Below are positions 1 to 10,116 of a stretch of DNA of 64,000 bases, piece after piece. Under the pieces are notes generated by a model. The model had not been told where the DNA came from. It was given only the letters and a program-made list of their open reading frames with translations, and did no database searches. This DNA is from an uncultured Candidatus Saccharibacteria bacterium (GTDB lineage Bacteria; Patescibacteriota; Minisyncoccia; Phycocordibacterales; Phycocordibacteraceae). Where the stretch lies: NCBI GenBank assembly GCA_964469405.1, contig CAYXYP010000002.1, positions 9,338 to 73,337 of the forward strand. The letters are read 5' to 3'. The stretch's first letter is position 1, and the number at the start of each line of letters is the position of its first letter. The translations under genes were made by a program, and so were the position numbers.

Positions 1-1262
1 ACAATATCACCGACAACCTTCACTACGCGACCGCCTGTCTCAAGACGAAGCGGGTTTGCAGAGAGATCCCACGATACAGTGCTGTCGACTGCGTCGAGAG
101 TTGCTGCACCGCCAGTTTGCACACCGTCTATGTAGAGGCGGAGGTTCGAGATATCAGAGTTCTTGATAGAACCGATATTGCGAAGCTGGAATGCGCGAAG
201 CGTCACTGCGCGTGTCCCAATCGTTACCGTGTTCTGCCAGACTGTGTAGTCATTCTGGGGGCTCACTGAAGACGAAGAAGGGAGCGTCGTTGTGTTGAAG
301 TCAACTGTAGCGAGCGTCGCTGCAGAAACTGTCTGTGTGTACCCATTGACTGGGAACGACACCGACGAGTCGAGCGTGCCAGTCGAACTCACCGAGACGA
401 GCTGTGCACCAACCTGTTGACCCGATGTGGAGCCTGCGATATCAGCCACGACTGAGACCACGAAGGTCTGTCCTGCTGGAACCGTGAAGAGTCCTGTCGA
501 ATCATTGAAGTTGAATGCGCTGCTGCTTACGCCTGCAGAATCAGTGAGACGCTTTGTCCCATTGTAAATGTAGACGTTTGCAAGTGTCGAGTCGTTGCTA
601 ACGCCAATACGCTTGAAACCAAGATTTGTAACCTTGATGTCAGCACCAGTTGGGTTCGCGAAAGTAAATTTCGCGAGTGTGCCAACTGCCTGGCCTTGCA
701 CGAGAGCGACATTGTTCGGAGAATCCGGTGAGAGCATGACCTTGAGGCCGTTGCCCGTTACTGGAGTCGTCGAAGGTCCAGTTGAAGGACCGGTCGAGAC
801 CGAGCCACTGAACGCTGCGCGCGACTTAGCGCCGAAGTAGCCGGCTGCAGGTGTGACACCCATAGCCTTCTGCCACGCAATAACGCCAGCCTTCGTGAGG
901 GCACCGAAGTAGCCCGTCGCGTTTGCTGACATGTAGCCGCCTGCCTTAAGAGAATTCTGAAGGCAAGTGACCGCTGCACCTGTCGAACCGATCGTGAGAT
1001 CGCCAGTGAAGGAGCAAGCCGAAGATGAAGATGACGGCGTTGTCATTACTGGTGCGCTTCCTGTGAGGGATGCGTTGACGTTTGCGATCGTTGCGCTATC
1101 CGCACCGAACGAAGAGAGGAGCGAGAGAATCGACTGGACCTGCGCTGAGGTCAAAGCCGCTGCGTGCGCCATAGGCGCAAGTGCGAGCATTGACGTCGCC
1201 ATCGCGAGTCCGGTCGCCACTGCTGCGATCTTCGCGATCGCTTTTGTAGTTACCGTTTGCAT
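1..1262 (-). CDS. Secreted cell-surface protein, N-terminal part (signal peptide, peptidoglycan-binding domain, Ser/Thr-rich region); ORF runs off the window start
   Basis: My translation of the minus strand from ATG at 1262 gives MQTVTTKAIAKIAAVATGLAMATSMLALAPMAHA (signal peptide, AHA cleavage site), then CSFTGDLTIGSTGAAVTCLQNSLKAGGYMSANATGYFGALTKAGVIAWQKAMGV (PG_binding_1-like). The frame stays open to position 1. It is absent from the ORF track because it is edge-truncated. Confidence 0.6.
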   Translation of the reverse strand, partial: MQTVTTKAIAKIAAVATGLAMATSMLALAPMAHAAALTSAQVQSILSLLSSFGADSATIANVNASLTGSAPVMTTPSSSSSACSFTGDLTIGSTGAAVTCLQNSLKAGGYMSANATGYFGALTKAGVIAWQKAMGVTPAAGYFGAKSRAAFSGSVSTGPSTGPSTTPVTGNGLKVMLSPDSPNNVALVQGQAVGTLAKFTFANPTGADIKVTNLGFKRIGVSNDSTLANVYIYNGTKRLTDSAGVSSSAFNFNDSTGLFTVPAGQTFVVSVVADIAGSTSGQQVGAQLVSVSSTGTLDSSVSFPVNGYTQTVSAATLATVDFNTTTLPSSSSVSPQNDYTVWQNTVTIGTRAVTLRAFQLRNIGSIKNSDISNLRLYIDGVQTGGAATLDAVDSTVSWDLSANPLRLETGGRVVKVVGDI

Positions 1263-1308
1263 AACAATTGTTAAGAATTTAGGGAGCACATAATAAGCAA
1301 GTAAGGGA

Positions 1309-1336
1309 GTTGTAATTCGCTAAAGCGAATTACAAC
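1309..1336. promoter_or_regulatory. Perfect palindrome GTTGTAATTCGC-TAAA-GCGAATTACAAC about 50 nt upstream of the truncated surface-protein gene; candidate operator or leader hairpin
   Basis: 12-bp arms and a 4-nt loop, read directly from the sequence. Confidence 0.3.
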
Positions 1337-1751
1337 TAACACTCACGTCGCATTATTTTTTGCTAGGTTTCCCCGCGAAAAAAATGAGACGCTGTGTTGA
1401 AGCACGTTCACTTTCACACTACCCCACAGCGCACGGCATCGACCAGTACGCCATGGGTTAGTTGGCAAGAGTTGATGTTCGTCGTTTGACGAACTATTCA
1501 TTTATCAAAGTACGCCCTACCGGGAACTAAATAGTGCCCGCAAGGACTATGCCTAGTATATAGCGGAAACGAATATTTTCCGATATCGGCATGTGGATAA
1601 CAGCTAGGAAATAGGTACGTAAAATAGGCCGTTTCCGGCCTTTACAACGTTCCTATGCCCCAGTCGCTACCACAGGCCACATACTATCAAATGAGACACT
1701 TTTAGTCAAAAACATGCTGACTTTGGACTAAGTTACTTCACTGCACGATGT

Positions 1752-2543
1752 CTAAGAGAGAGAATAGGTACTCCAACGACGTTCACCCTGCTTCAGTACA
1801 ATTCCGGCCTCAATAAGAGAAATGAGCTCTCGTTGTATGGTTTTTTCAGAAACATTCCTTATAAGTGTCGAGATGTCCTTTATACTTGCATTGCCTTTAC
1901 TTCTTATTACGGACAATACGGCTTCACGTCTGTCCTTTACAACGCTAGCAGCCCCAGCAGTGTCCTTTATATGTCCTTTATCCGTATTTCGGGTCGGTCG
2001 GGCATTGTTCTTCAACGTCATGAAGTTTGATTTCGGACTCTGGAGAACTTCCCTTCTCGATGCACTCTTAGCAATATCGGAGAGTGTCGGAGCTTCATCT
2101 AAATGGAACCGCGGCTCTTCATAGGCGGCAACTTCTTGCAATAGGATATGGGCCTCATGGGCGATGATCTCGGCGTTCATAGAAGAAAGAAGATTGCCCG
2201 TGCGAGCCATAGAGAGGAACGAGGAAAGTGCAAGAAGTTCGCGCGAGAGTGCTACTCGAGCGACAGCCGGTGGAAGTACCGCAGCATCAACAAGACCGAT
2301 CGCTATCGTATCGATACGATTTCTTAAAGACAACGAGCCAGAGAACGCGGGGGCCACCAGATGGACCGCTTTCGCGAGTCTTTCGGCCTTTTTGTATATA
2401 AATACTCTACGTATGTCCTTTTCGAATATGTTCGTAAATATGCTTTTTTCTAAGACGAAATCTTCTGTGATTGCATCCTTGCCCCGAACCTGACTTTGTC
2501 GGATTTCGGTGCTATGTCCTATATCTGATTGTCCTTGTCCCAT
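1752..2543 (-). CDS. Hypothetical protein with C-terminal winged-helix-like DNA-binding region
   Basis: 263-aa ORF. The C-terminal segment IKDISTLIRNVSEKTIQRELISLIEAGIVLKQGERRWSTYSL resembles a wHTH recognition helix plus wing. Confidence 0.45.
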   Translation of the reverse strand: MGQGQSDIGHSTEIRQSQVRGKDAITEDFVLEKSIFTNIFEKDIRRVFIYKKAERLAKAVHLVAPAFSGSLSLRNRIDTIAIGLVDAAVLPPAVARVALSRELLALSSFLSMARTGNLLSSMNAEIIAHEAHILLQEVAAYEEPRFHLDEAPTLSDIAKSASRREVLQSPKSNFMTLKNNARPTRNTDKGHIKDTAGAASVVKDRREAVLSVIRSKGNASIKDISTLIRNVSEKTIQRELISLIEAGIVLKQGERRWSTYSLS

Positions 2544-2616
2544 ACTATATAGGACAGTATACGTCTCGGGAACCCCGGTGCAAGTCTGTCTTGCCTTCGA
2601 TTAGGCTTCACCCAGA

Positions 2617-4887
2617 ATGATTGGGTGGCTGAAATGCTACAATATACGTATGAGTCGCAGAAATGGCAACGGGAAACGCGGGCGCGGGCGGGAAGAAGAT
2701 GTCAAAAATTACGGCACGCTTGTCCGCTACGCTTCAGCAATTGTACTCCTCGCGGCGGGCGTCCTACTTACGCTTGCGGTATTTGGCGGAGCAGGTCCTG
2801 TAGGCACGACGATTTTCAACACGAGTTATGCGATTGTCGGCATTGGTGCATTTCTTCTACCAATCGCGTTAATTTCAGTCGGTCTTTATGCTGGCTTCAG
2901 ACGACCCGTGCTTGAGCCTTTGACCACTTCCGGCCTGCTTATCATCTGCGCTTCTGTACTCGCTTTTGTTGGACTCTTCCCTACTACCAACCTTGGTGGA
3001 ATAGCCGGAACATGGGAAGGAGAAATGCTCGCTGGGTTCTTCGGCTTCTGGGGTGCGGTAGTGCTACTACTCGCAGTAATCGCTATTGGTATCGCTATTG
3101 TGAGTGATATCGAAGCAATCGGGATATTCCTCGGTGAAAACATTCTTTCGCTCTGGCAGCGAATACGTGCACGCAAAGAGAATGAGGAAGAACTTTTTGA
3201 GGAGGAGCTCGCAGTCGTCGGTATACCTGAAGATGGCGGGGTGCACGACGATCAGGAAGAATATGAAACGGAAAATGAAACTCCTCTGCGACCAGAACAT
3301 GAACCAGTGGTGACGATCTTCAATCGTGCTAGCGGCGCTCAAGGAACGGGCATAGCAAACTTCGATGCGGAGTATGAAGCGCCGCCGCTCTCAATTCTCG
3401 GTGCTGACCGAGGAAAGCCGGGTGTAGGTGATATCAAAGCAAATGCGAACATCATTAAACGTACATTTCAAAACTTCGGCATCAATCTTGAAATGGATGA
3501 GGTGTCGGTCGGCCCCACGGTCACACGCTACGCCGTGAAGCCAGCCGAAGGAGTACGCCTCTCAAAGATCGTGTCGCTCGCAAACAATCTCGAACTCGCG
3601 CTTGCTGCGCATCCGGTACGCATCGAAGCGCCCATCCCAGGGAAATCACTCGTCGGTATCGAGGTGCCAAATACAGTCAAGGCAATGGTCGGACTCGGCG
3701 GAATCCTCGGAGCTCCCGAGTGGAGCGATAGCACTAAGCCCCTACTCGCCGCCCTCGGTCGCGATATTACCGGTACGCCGCATTACGTGAACATTGCAAA
3801 AATGCCGCACGGCCTCGTCGCAGGTGCGACAGGGTCTGGCAAATCGGTTGCTATTCATGCAATCATCACCTCTCTCCTCTACCGAAACGGTCCAAACCAA
3901 TTGCGCTTCATCATGATTGATCCGAAACGCGTCGAGCTCACTGCCTATAACGGCATTCCGCACCTTCTTACGCCGGTGATTACCGACCCGAAGAAGGCCA
4001 TCTTCTCTCTCAAGTGGGCAGCCAAAGAAATGGAGCGCCGATACAATATTCTTGAGAAAGAAAAAGTGCGTGACATTGACTCCTACCATGCAACCATTTA
4101 TGAACCGGCGAAGAAAAAAGACGCCGAAGAGATGCCCGAGGCACTCCCGTATATCGTCATTGTCATCGATGAGCTCGCGGATATCATGCACAGTTACCCG
4201 CGAGAACTCGAAGCCTCTATCGTCCGACTTGCGCAAATGTCACGCGCCGTCGGTATCCATTTGGTACTCTCTACGCAACGCCCATCAGTAAACGTCATTA
4301 CCGGCCTCATTAAGGCAAACGTACCGACACGCATGGCACTCCAGGTCGCTTCTCAAATAGATTCCCGCACCATTCTTGATGGTGCTGGTGCGGAGTCACT
4401 TCTCGGTGCGGGTGACATGCTCTATCTCTCGAGTGATATGCAGAAACCGGTGCGCATCCAAACGGCATACATTAGTGAGAATGAGGTAAAGAAAGTAGTG
4501 AGCTATATCAGGAGCCATAATGCAGGAGACCTCTCGAGTATCGATTTTGGTGGGAGCGGTAGCGGGTCCACGACAGAGCCGAGCGACCTTATCGGACTCG
4601 CAAACGGTAGTTTCGATGATACTGATGACATTGACGACGATCTGTACGCGGGTGCCCGCACGGCAGTGGAGGAAGCAGGTAAAGCTTCGACTTCCTATTT
4701 GCAACGCAAACTTAAAATCGGATACTCTCGAGCGGCGCGACTGATGGATGTACTTGAAGCAAAGGGAGTTATTGGTGCAGCGGACGGATCAAAGCCTCGC
4801 GAAGTACTCACCGGCATACCCGCCGGAAGACAAGGAAATGCAGCAATTCTGGATGAGTCAGGTGAGAACGAGAAGTCTGTCTTCTAG
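2617..4887 (+). CDS. ftsK: DNA translocase FtsK/SpoIIIE
   Basis: N-terminal TM helices; Walker A motif GATGSGKSV; C-terminal gamma winged-helix domain (STSYLQRKLKIGYSRAARLMDVLEAKGVI). The true start may be the internal Met at 2653. Confidence 0.95.
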   Translation: MIGWLKCYNIRMSRRNGNGKRGRGREEDVKNYGTLVRYASAIVLLAAGVLLTLAVFGGAGPVGTTIFNTSYAIVGIGAFLLPIALISVGLYAGFRRPVLEPLTTSGLLIICASVLAFVGLFPTTNLGGIAGTWEGEMLAGFFGFWGAVVLLLAVIAIGIAIVSDIEAIGIFLGENILSLWQRIRARKENEEELFEEELAVVGIPEDGGVHDDQEEYETENETPLRPEHEPVVTIFNRASGAQGTGIANFDAEYEAPPLSILGADRGKPGVGDIKANANIIKRTFQNFGINLEMDEVSVGPTVTRYAVKPAEGVRLSKIVSLANNLELALAAHPVRIEAPIPGKSLVGIEVPNTVKAMVGLGGILGAPEWSDSTKPLLAALGRDITGTPHYVNIAKMPHGLVAGATGSGKSVAIHAIITSLLYRNGPNQLRFIMIDPKRVELTAYNGIPHLLTPVITDPKKAIFSLKWAAKEMERRYNILEKEKVRDIDSYHATIYEPAKKKDAEEMPEALPYIVIVIDELADIMHSYPRELEASIVRLAQMSRAVGIHLVLSTQRPSVNVITGLIKANVPTRMALQVASQIDSRTILDGAGAESLLGAGDMLYLSSDMQKPVRIQTAYISENEVKKVVSYIRSHNAGDLSSIDFGGSGSGSTTEPSDLIGLANGSFDDTDDIDDDLYAGARTAVEEAGKASTSYLQRKLKIGYSRAARLMDVLEAKGVIGAADGSKPREVLTGIPAGRQGNAAILDESGENEKSVF

Positions 4888-4896
4888 CGACAACAT

Positions 4897-5292
4897 ATGA
4901 TTAGATACTTTACCCTCGCAATCCTCACAGTCCTCATTGGATACGGCCTTCAGGAGGCTTGGCCGCTCATGGCGGGACCAACTCTCTCTATCGATTCCCC
5001 CATCAATAACGCCTCCTTAGAGAACGGTATTGTGACCATCTCTGGGAAAGCAGTCCGCGCCGCTGAGATTACACTTAATGGTGCCACAGTCCTCCACAAA
5101 GAGGATGGTAGCTTCTCAACGATTCTAACTTTTCCCCATGGGGGCTCTATACTTACCTTCAGAGCCACCGACCGATTCGGCAGGACTCTAACCTCCACAC
5201 GCACTATTTTTGTACCCGATTTTGTACCCGAAAAAGTATCGATCTTCACCAAATCCTCAATAGATCCATCTACAGATTCACCCGGTAGGTGA
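4897..5292 (+). CDS. Hypothetical membrane-anchored small protein
   Basis: 131 aa with an N-terminal TM helix; it starts 10 nt after the ftsK stop. Confidence 0.45.
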   Translation: MIRYFTLAILTVLIGYGLQEAWPLMAGPTLSIDSPINNASLENGIVTISGKAVRAAEITLNGATVLHKEDGSFSTILTFPHGGSILTFRATDRFGRTLTSTRTIFVPDFVPEKVSIFTKSSIDPSTDSPGR

Positions 5293-5339
5293 TTCTGCCA
5301 AATCAAGTTATCCTGCTACATCGACTAACAAACACCAAC

Positions 5340-6389
5340 ATGGCCTTCAAAAAATCAGCGAAAGAAAAAGTGCTCAAAACTGTTACCGCAGCGACTGCGG
5401 ATATGAGCGAAAAGCAAAAATCGATTGACCAGGCGCTGAAAGAAATCCGTACTAAATTTGGCGACGAAGCGATTGCAACCTATGGTACTGGTACTCCACA
5501 AAAAATACCGACGATATCAACGGGATCTATCGGCCTTGACGCTATTCTCGGTGTAGGCGGCCTCCCGCGCGGACGTATCATCGAAATATTTGGGCCAGAA
5601 TCCTCGGGGAAAACAACGCTCGCACTCCATGTCATCGCTGAAGCGCAAAAAGCCGGAGGTATCGCAGCATTCATCGACGCCGAGCACGCGCTCGACCCAG
5701 AATACGCCCAGCGAATCGGCGTGAAGCTACCTGAACTTCTCATTTCGCAGCCGGACACAGGAGAACAAGCTCTTGATATCGTTGAAAGTCTGGTACGAAG
5801 CGGGAATGTTGATGTTATCGTCATTGATTCCGTTGCTGCACTCACACCAAAGGACGAAATTGAAGGAGAGATGGGCCAGCAACACATGGGCAAACAAGCC
5901 AGACTTATGAGCCAAGCGCTCCGGAAACTTACTGCCATCGCTGCACGTAGTAAGACTATCGTCATCTTCATCAACCAGATCCGCATGCAAATAGGCGTCA
6001 TGTTCGGTAATCCCGAAACAACACCGGGCGGGAAAGCTCTTAAGTTTTATACTTCGGTGCGCCTCGATATTCGTCGTATCGCGTCAATAAAGAAAGGCGA
6101 GGAGATCGTAGGCGGTCGCGTACGCGTGAAAGTGGTTAAAAATAAAGTCGCGGCACCTTTCAAAACCACCGAGTTTGATCTTCTCTATAATGAAGGAATA
6201 AGTCGTGAGGGAGAACTCATTGCTCTTGGTGAAAAATTTGACCTTGTGGCGAAGTCAGGTGCCACCTATAAGATGGGTGATACGAAGCTTGGCGTCGGTT
6301 ACGATGCCTCACGCGTATACCTGCGTGAGAACAAACCGATCTCAAAGGATCTTCTCAAACGAATCCAAGAAAAACTCGCGGACAGCTAA
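5340..6389 (+). CDS. recA: Recombinase RecA
   Basis: Walker A motif GPESSGKTT plus the canonical RecA core. The ORF track starts it at 5289; MAFKKSAKE at 5340 or MSEKQKS at 5405 are more plausible starts. Confidence 0.95.
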   Translation: MAFKKSAKEKVLKTVTAATADMSEKQKSIDQALKEIRTKFGDEAIATYGTGTPQKIPTISTGSIGLDAILGVGGLPRGRIIEIFGPESSGKTTLALHVIAEAQKAGGIAAFIDAEHALDPEYAQRIGVKLPELLISQPDTGEQALDIVESLVRSGNVDVIVIDSVAALTPKDEIEGEMGQQHMGKQARLMSQALRKLTAIAARSKTIVIFINQIRMQIGVMFGNPETTPGGKALKFYTSVRLDIRRIASIKKGEEIVGGRVRVKVVKNKVAAPFKTTEFDLLYNEGISREGELIALGEKFDLVAKSGATYKMGDTKLGVGYDASRVYLRENKPISKDLLKRIQEKLADS

Positions 6390-6727
6390 CCTCGCGCCGG
6401 AATAAGGATGGAGGAAATGATGCGCGCAGTTTCGCGCGCAAGATAGACAAGGGAAATGATTGTGAGCACCGAAAGAGCCTGCACGACAATATGTGTGTGA
6501 TTGAAAGCGGCTACATAGAAATTAGGGAGGTTGGTGAAATCGCTCGGAGCATTCTGGAATACTTGCGCGACCCATACTTCCCTCCCAATACCCCACAGTG
6601 CGAGCAAGAGCGCGAGCGCGGCAAGAGATTCGAGTGAAATAAGCGGACGCAATATACGGATGATATACACACGCCGCATCACAATACGTTCGATATTTGA
6701 TTGATTATTCATAGTGTTGTTTGTCAT
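6386..6727 (-). CDS. Small two-TM membrane protein, putative anti-sigma factor partner of the upstream ECF sigma
   Basis: 113 aa; overlaps the sigma-factor stop by 23 nt (operonic) and overlaps the recA stop by 4 nt. Confidence 0.4.
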   Translation of the reverse strand: MTNNTMNNQSNIERIVMRRVYIIRILRPLISLESLAALALLLALWGIGREVWVAQVFQNAPSDFTNLPNFYVAAFNHTHIVVQALSVLTIISLVYLARETARIISSILIPARG

Positions 6728-7301
6728 AGGATTGTTTGAAAAGTTTTTTCGCGCGGTGAATGCGAGTCTTTACTGCGGGAATTGAAATTTTTTCCACTGC
6801 GGCGACCTCCTCCTGGCTTTTACCTTCGATGAACTGTAACCGCAATATCTTCGATGCGGTTTCAGGAATTTTCGCGAGCGCGGCCAGAACTTCGCTTCTG
6901 AGCGAGAGATCTTCAAGAAATTCTGCTTGTGCATCCGGCAATGATTCGTAGTGCTCAGGAAGAAGCTCGGCCCGCTTCCCTCGCTCGATACTCGCTGCGC
7001 GATATTTCGTATACGCAACCCGATTGAGAATGATGTAGGCCCACGAAGAAAAACTAGCACCATCCTGAGGACGATACTTATCCGCGTAAAGGTACATCTT
7101 GGTAAACGCGTCCTGTACCGCCTCCTCTGCGTCCTCAGGAGAGGACAAAATGCGTCGTGCACGACGCAGGAGTGCCGCTTCATAGCGATGGACGAGAATG
7201 GAGAAGAGCCCCGGCTCCTTCGCGACGCGCGCAAGCACTTCAGCGTCTGAAAGTGCGCCCGGGTCCTCTATAGTTGAAAAACTCATAATGCCCTGTATCA
7301 T
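6705..7301 (-). CDS. RNA polymerase sigma factor, ECF (sigma-24) family
   Basis: Region-2-like segment LVHRYEAALLRRARRIL...AEEAVQDAFTKMY and region-4 HTH segment SQEEVAAVEKISIPAVKTRIHRAKKLF. Confidence 0.85.
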   Translation of the reverse strand: MIQGIMSFSTIEDPGALSDAEVLARVAKEPGLFSILVHRYEAALLRRARRILSSPEDAEEAVQDAFTKMYLYADKYRPQDGASFSSWAYIILNRVAYTKYRAASIERGKRAELLPEHYESLPDAQAEFLEDLSLRSEVLAALAKIPETASKILRLQFIEGKSQEEVAAVEKISIPAVKTRIHRAKKLFKQSYDKQHYE

Positions 7302-7448
7302 ACGCCTATCCCCGTTAGATAAGAACTTTTAAGGTCCTGCGGCACAAGCAGAGGCTAGTAATAATCTCGACTTACTGCTGTGCCCTAAGTTCGTTATCTA
7401 ATAGGGTACTTTTTATAACAAATCTTATCAATCTTTAGTTTCAGAACC

Positions 7449-8024
7449 ATGGCCGTACTGTCATACAACGAAATTCTCAAGGGCAGCATCATCAACTACA
7501 ACAATGAACCGTACGAAGTACTTTCGGCGCATATCTTCCGCATGCAACAAAGGAAGCCTGTGAACCAGACGAAGCTCCGCCACCTTATTTCTGGAAAAGT
7601 CACTGAAATCTCTTTCCACCAAAATGAAACCGTGACCGAGGCAGACATCGGGAAGATGCAGGCACAGTATCTTTACACTAATAAAGACGAGAGCTGGTTT
7701 GCCGAGGAAGGTAACGCGAAGAACCGTTTTTCATTTCCAGAGGATGCGGTGCACGATAAAGTTCAATGGCTCACACCAAACTCCACTGTCGAGATACTGA
7801 CCTACGAAGACAAGCCGATGACGGTTAAAATACCGGTAAAAGTTGACCTGGAAGTTAAGGATGCTCCGCCTGCAGTGAAGGGCAACACGGTCTCGGGTGG
7901 CAACAAGCTTGCGGTGCTTTCTACTGGCGCAAAAGTAAACGTCCCCCTCTTCATCAATACAGGCGATATTATTCGCATCAATACCGATTCGGGCGACTAC
8001 ACTGAACGAGTCGAGAAGAAGTAA
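7449..8024 (+). CDS. efp: Elongation factor P
   Basis: 191-aa EF-P family sequence with the KPVNQTKLRHLISGK loop region. Confidence 0.9.
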   Translation: MAVLSYNEILKGSIINYNNEPYEVLSAHIFRMQQRKPVNQTKLRHLISGKVTEISFHQNETVTEADIGKMQAQYLYTNKDESWFAEEGNAKNRFSFPEDAVHDKVQWLTPNSTVEILTYEDKPMTVKIPVKVDLEVKDAPPAVKGNTVSGGNKLAVLSTGAKVNVPLFINTGDIIRINTDSGDYTERVEKK

Positions 8025-8063
8025 GGTCTAAAAAAACCGCTCGGAGCGGTTTTTTTAGACCTT
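8025..8063. terminator. Bidirectional rho-independent terminator between convergent efp and rpsR
   Basis: GGTCTAAAAAAACCGCTCGGAGCGGTTTTTTTAGACC; GC stem flanked by an A-run and a T-run. Confidence 0.75.
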
Positions 8064-8077
8064 ACTCACAAACTTTC

Positions 8078-8284
8078 TTATGCAGCAACGTAGGGAAGAA
8101 GTGCCATGTAACGTGCGTGCTTGATAGCTTGCGCGATGTCGCGCTGCTTCCCTGCCGGAATGCCGGTGCGCTTTTTTGCAAGAATTTTCGCATGCGGGCT
8201 CGTGAACAACTTAAGATAAGCTACATCCTTGTAGTCAATAAATTTCTTGATTTCGATCTCTTCACGCTCTGATTGATAGGCCAT
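8078..8284 (-). CDS. rpsR: 30S ribosomal protein S18
   Basis: 68-aa S18 pattern FIDYKD...KRTGIPAGKQRDIAQAIKHARYMALLPY. Confidence 0.9.
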   Translation of the reverse strand: MAYQSEREEIEIKKFIDYKDVAYLKLFTSPHAKILAKKRTGIPAGKQRDIAQAIKHARYMALLPYVAA

Positions 8285-8293
8285 AAAAATAAT

Positions 8294-8746
8294 TTAAAAA
8301 GGAATATCTTCCGGATTAATTTCTTCATCCGGGTACTTAATTTCGTCCGCACCCTTTGGCGCAGGTTGCTCCTCATGGGTACCGCCTTGTGTACCAGCAG
8401 ACGAACCGCCCTTACTGCCATCGGCGCCGAACTGGAACGTATCTACAATGATTTCGGTACGATAATTTTTCTTTCCATTTTCTTTATCGTCCCACGACCG
8501 TGTCTGGAGGCGACCTTCAATAAAGACCGGTCGACCTTTCTTGCAATACTGTGCGATGACTTCTGCCGTACGTCCGAATGCGACGACATTATGAAACTCT
8601 GTTGTCTCCTGCTTGGCTCCGTTTTTGTCCTTGAAGGTACGGTTCGTTGCAAGGCCAAAATTCGCAACCTGGCTTCCAGACGGGAGCGCCTTTAGCTCCG
8701 GGTCACGAGTGAGATTGCCATAGAGAAGTACTTTGTTGAGATACAT
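8294..8746 (-). CDS. ssb: Single-stranded DNA-binding protein
   Basis: OB-fold SSB sequence; Gly-rich linker and acidic C-terminal tip ending DIPF. Confidence 0.9.
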   Translation of the reverse strand: MYLNKVLLYGNLTRDPELKALPSGSQVANFGLATNRTFKDKNGAKQETTEFHNVVAFGRTAEVIAQYCKKGRPVFIEGRLQTRSWDDKENGKKNYRTEIIVDTFQFGADGSKGGSSAGTQGGTHEEQPAPKGADEIKYPDEEINPEDIPF

Positions 8747-8751
8747 ACTCT

Positions 8752-9243
8752 TTATATTGTGGCACTCTCGAGCGCTACATCGAGCTCAGCGCCAAGAACC
8801 GCTTCTGGGTCCTCCACATGCTCTGGGGCTTTCATAGCAAGCTCGCGCATCTCAACGGAATGACGCGCGGCGTCCTTTGTAGTACCGAGATCGATAAAAC
8901 GAATGATGCGCTTATCGGCGCTTGCGGCCTGTACTATTTCAGCATGATTTTCTGCCGAAGTTTCGTAAACAATCCAAGCGAAGTGAGCGGAGTCGAAGTC
9001 GCGACGACCGGCAACTTCTTGACGAGAGATAGTGTAAGCGAGCTGAATCTTTACCGGTTCGCCTTCAGCAACGACAGCGCCTTTCTCGGAAATAACGCTA
9101 CGCATCACTTGATATGCCTTCTTCACTTCCTCAGTAGGTAGCTCGGGATCGAGATGGAAACCAAGTTCGTAGACGCGTGACTCCGAGCCCTCGTTATCGA
9201 GAGCCTCGTCTGTATGCATCTTCCCGTCCTGATTCTTAGCCAT
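8752..9243 (-). CDS. rpsF: 30S ribosomal protein S6 with N- and C-terminal extensions
   Basis: Core segment RVYELGFHLDPEL...VKIQLAYTISRQEVAG; conserved rpsF-ssb-rpsR gene order. Confidence 0.7.
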   Translation of the reverse strand: MAKNQDGKMHTDEALDNEGSESRVYELGFHLDPELPTEEVKKAYQVMRSVISEKGAVVAEGEPVKIQLAYTISRQEVAGRRDFDSAHFAWIVYETSAENHAEIVQAASADKRIIRFIDLGTTKDAARHSVEMRELAMKAPEHVEDPEAVLGAELDVALESATI

Positions 9244-9303
9244 AATAGCGGCATCCTAGCACGAGATTTTTACGTCCGCAAGAGTTACGTTTGACCCTCA
9301 CAA

Positions 9304-10116
9304 TTAAGATAATGCGAACAGACGCTGTGCGTTGGCGAGGAGTGTTGCACGAACGGTTTCCGGATCTTCACGCCGAATCTCTGCGATCTTCTGTACGACT
9401 TCTATAACCGCAAGAGGGTCGTTACGGGTCCCACGACGGGACACAGGTGCGACGTACGGTGCGTCGGTTTCAGATAGAATACTCGTAAGTGGAACCGATT
9501 TGATGACTTCATCATAGTCGCGAGCAAATGTAATGACTGCGGTGAAAGAAATGGTGAAATCAAGCGCAATGAGAGCCTTTGCTTCTTCCAAGCCGCCAAC
9601 AAAAAAATGAATGTCGCCGCGCAGGCGGGGATACTTAATTTTTTCCTCTTTCAATACATCGATAACTTCGCGATATGCGTCCATCGACCCTTTTGAAGGG
9701 CGCGCATGAATGATGAGTGGTTTATCGAGAACGGTGGCGAACTCGATGTGTTTTTTTAAAAGTTCTTTCTGTGCGCGCTTCACTTCCTCATTTACTTCAG
9801 CAGGGCGAAAGAAATCAAGTCCGCACTCCCCTATCGCCACAACTTTTGGATGCTTCGTAAGCGCGCGGTATTCATCTTCATGAAATAATTCATCCCCCGC
9901 ATGATTCGGATGGAGTCCGACAGAGGCGTAAAGATGTTCATGTTTCTCTGCTAGGGCAAGAGCCTTCATCGATGACGAGTGGTCGACTCCGACAACAATT
10001 CCCGAGACATTCTCTTCGCCCATTCGATTAATAAGCTCTGTTTCGTCGTGTGCATACTGGTCAAATTGAATATGGCAATGCGCATCCACATAGCGAGCGT
10101 CTCTAACAGGGTTCAT
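9304..10116 (-). CDS. tatD: TatD-family metal-dependent hydrolase
   Basis: YVDAHCHIQFD start motif and TIM-barrel TatD histidine and aspartate motifs. Confidence 0.9.
   Translation of the reverse strand: MNPVRDARYVDAHCHIQFDQYAHDETELINRMGEENVSGIVVGVDHSSSMKALALAEKHEHLYASVGLHPNHAGDELFHEDEYRALTKHPKVVAIGECGLDFFRPAEVNEEVKRAQKELLKKHIEFATVLDKPLIIHARPSKGSMDAYREVIDVLKEEKIKYPRLRGDIHFFVGGLEEAKALIALDFTISFTAVITFARDYDEVIKSVPLTSILSETDAPYVAPVSRRGTRNDPLAVIEVVQKIAEIRREDPETVRATLLANAQRLFALS

Noticed and set aside
527-1293. ORF-track ORFs 527-712(-), 758-979(-), 595-840(+), 967-1293(+)
   Set aside because: All lie inside, in other frames of, or antisense to the long edge-truncated minus-strand surface-protein gene (1-1262), which has a convincing signal peptide and PG-binding domain
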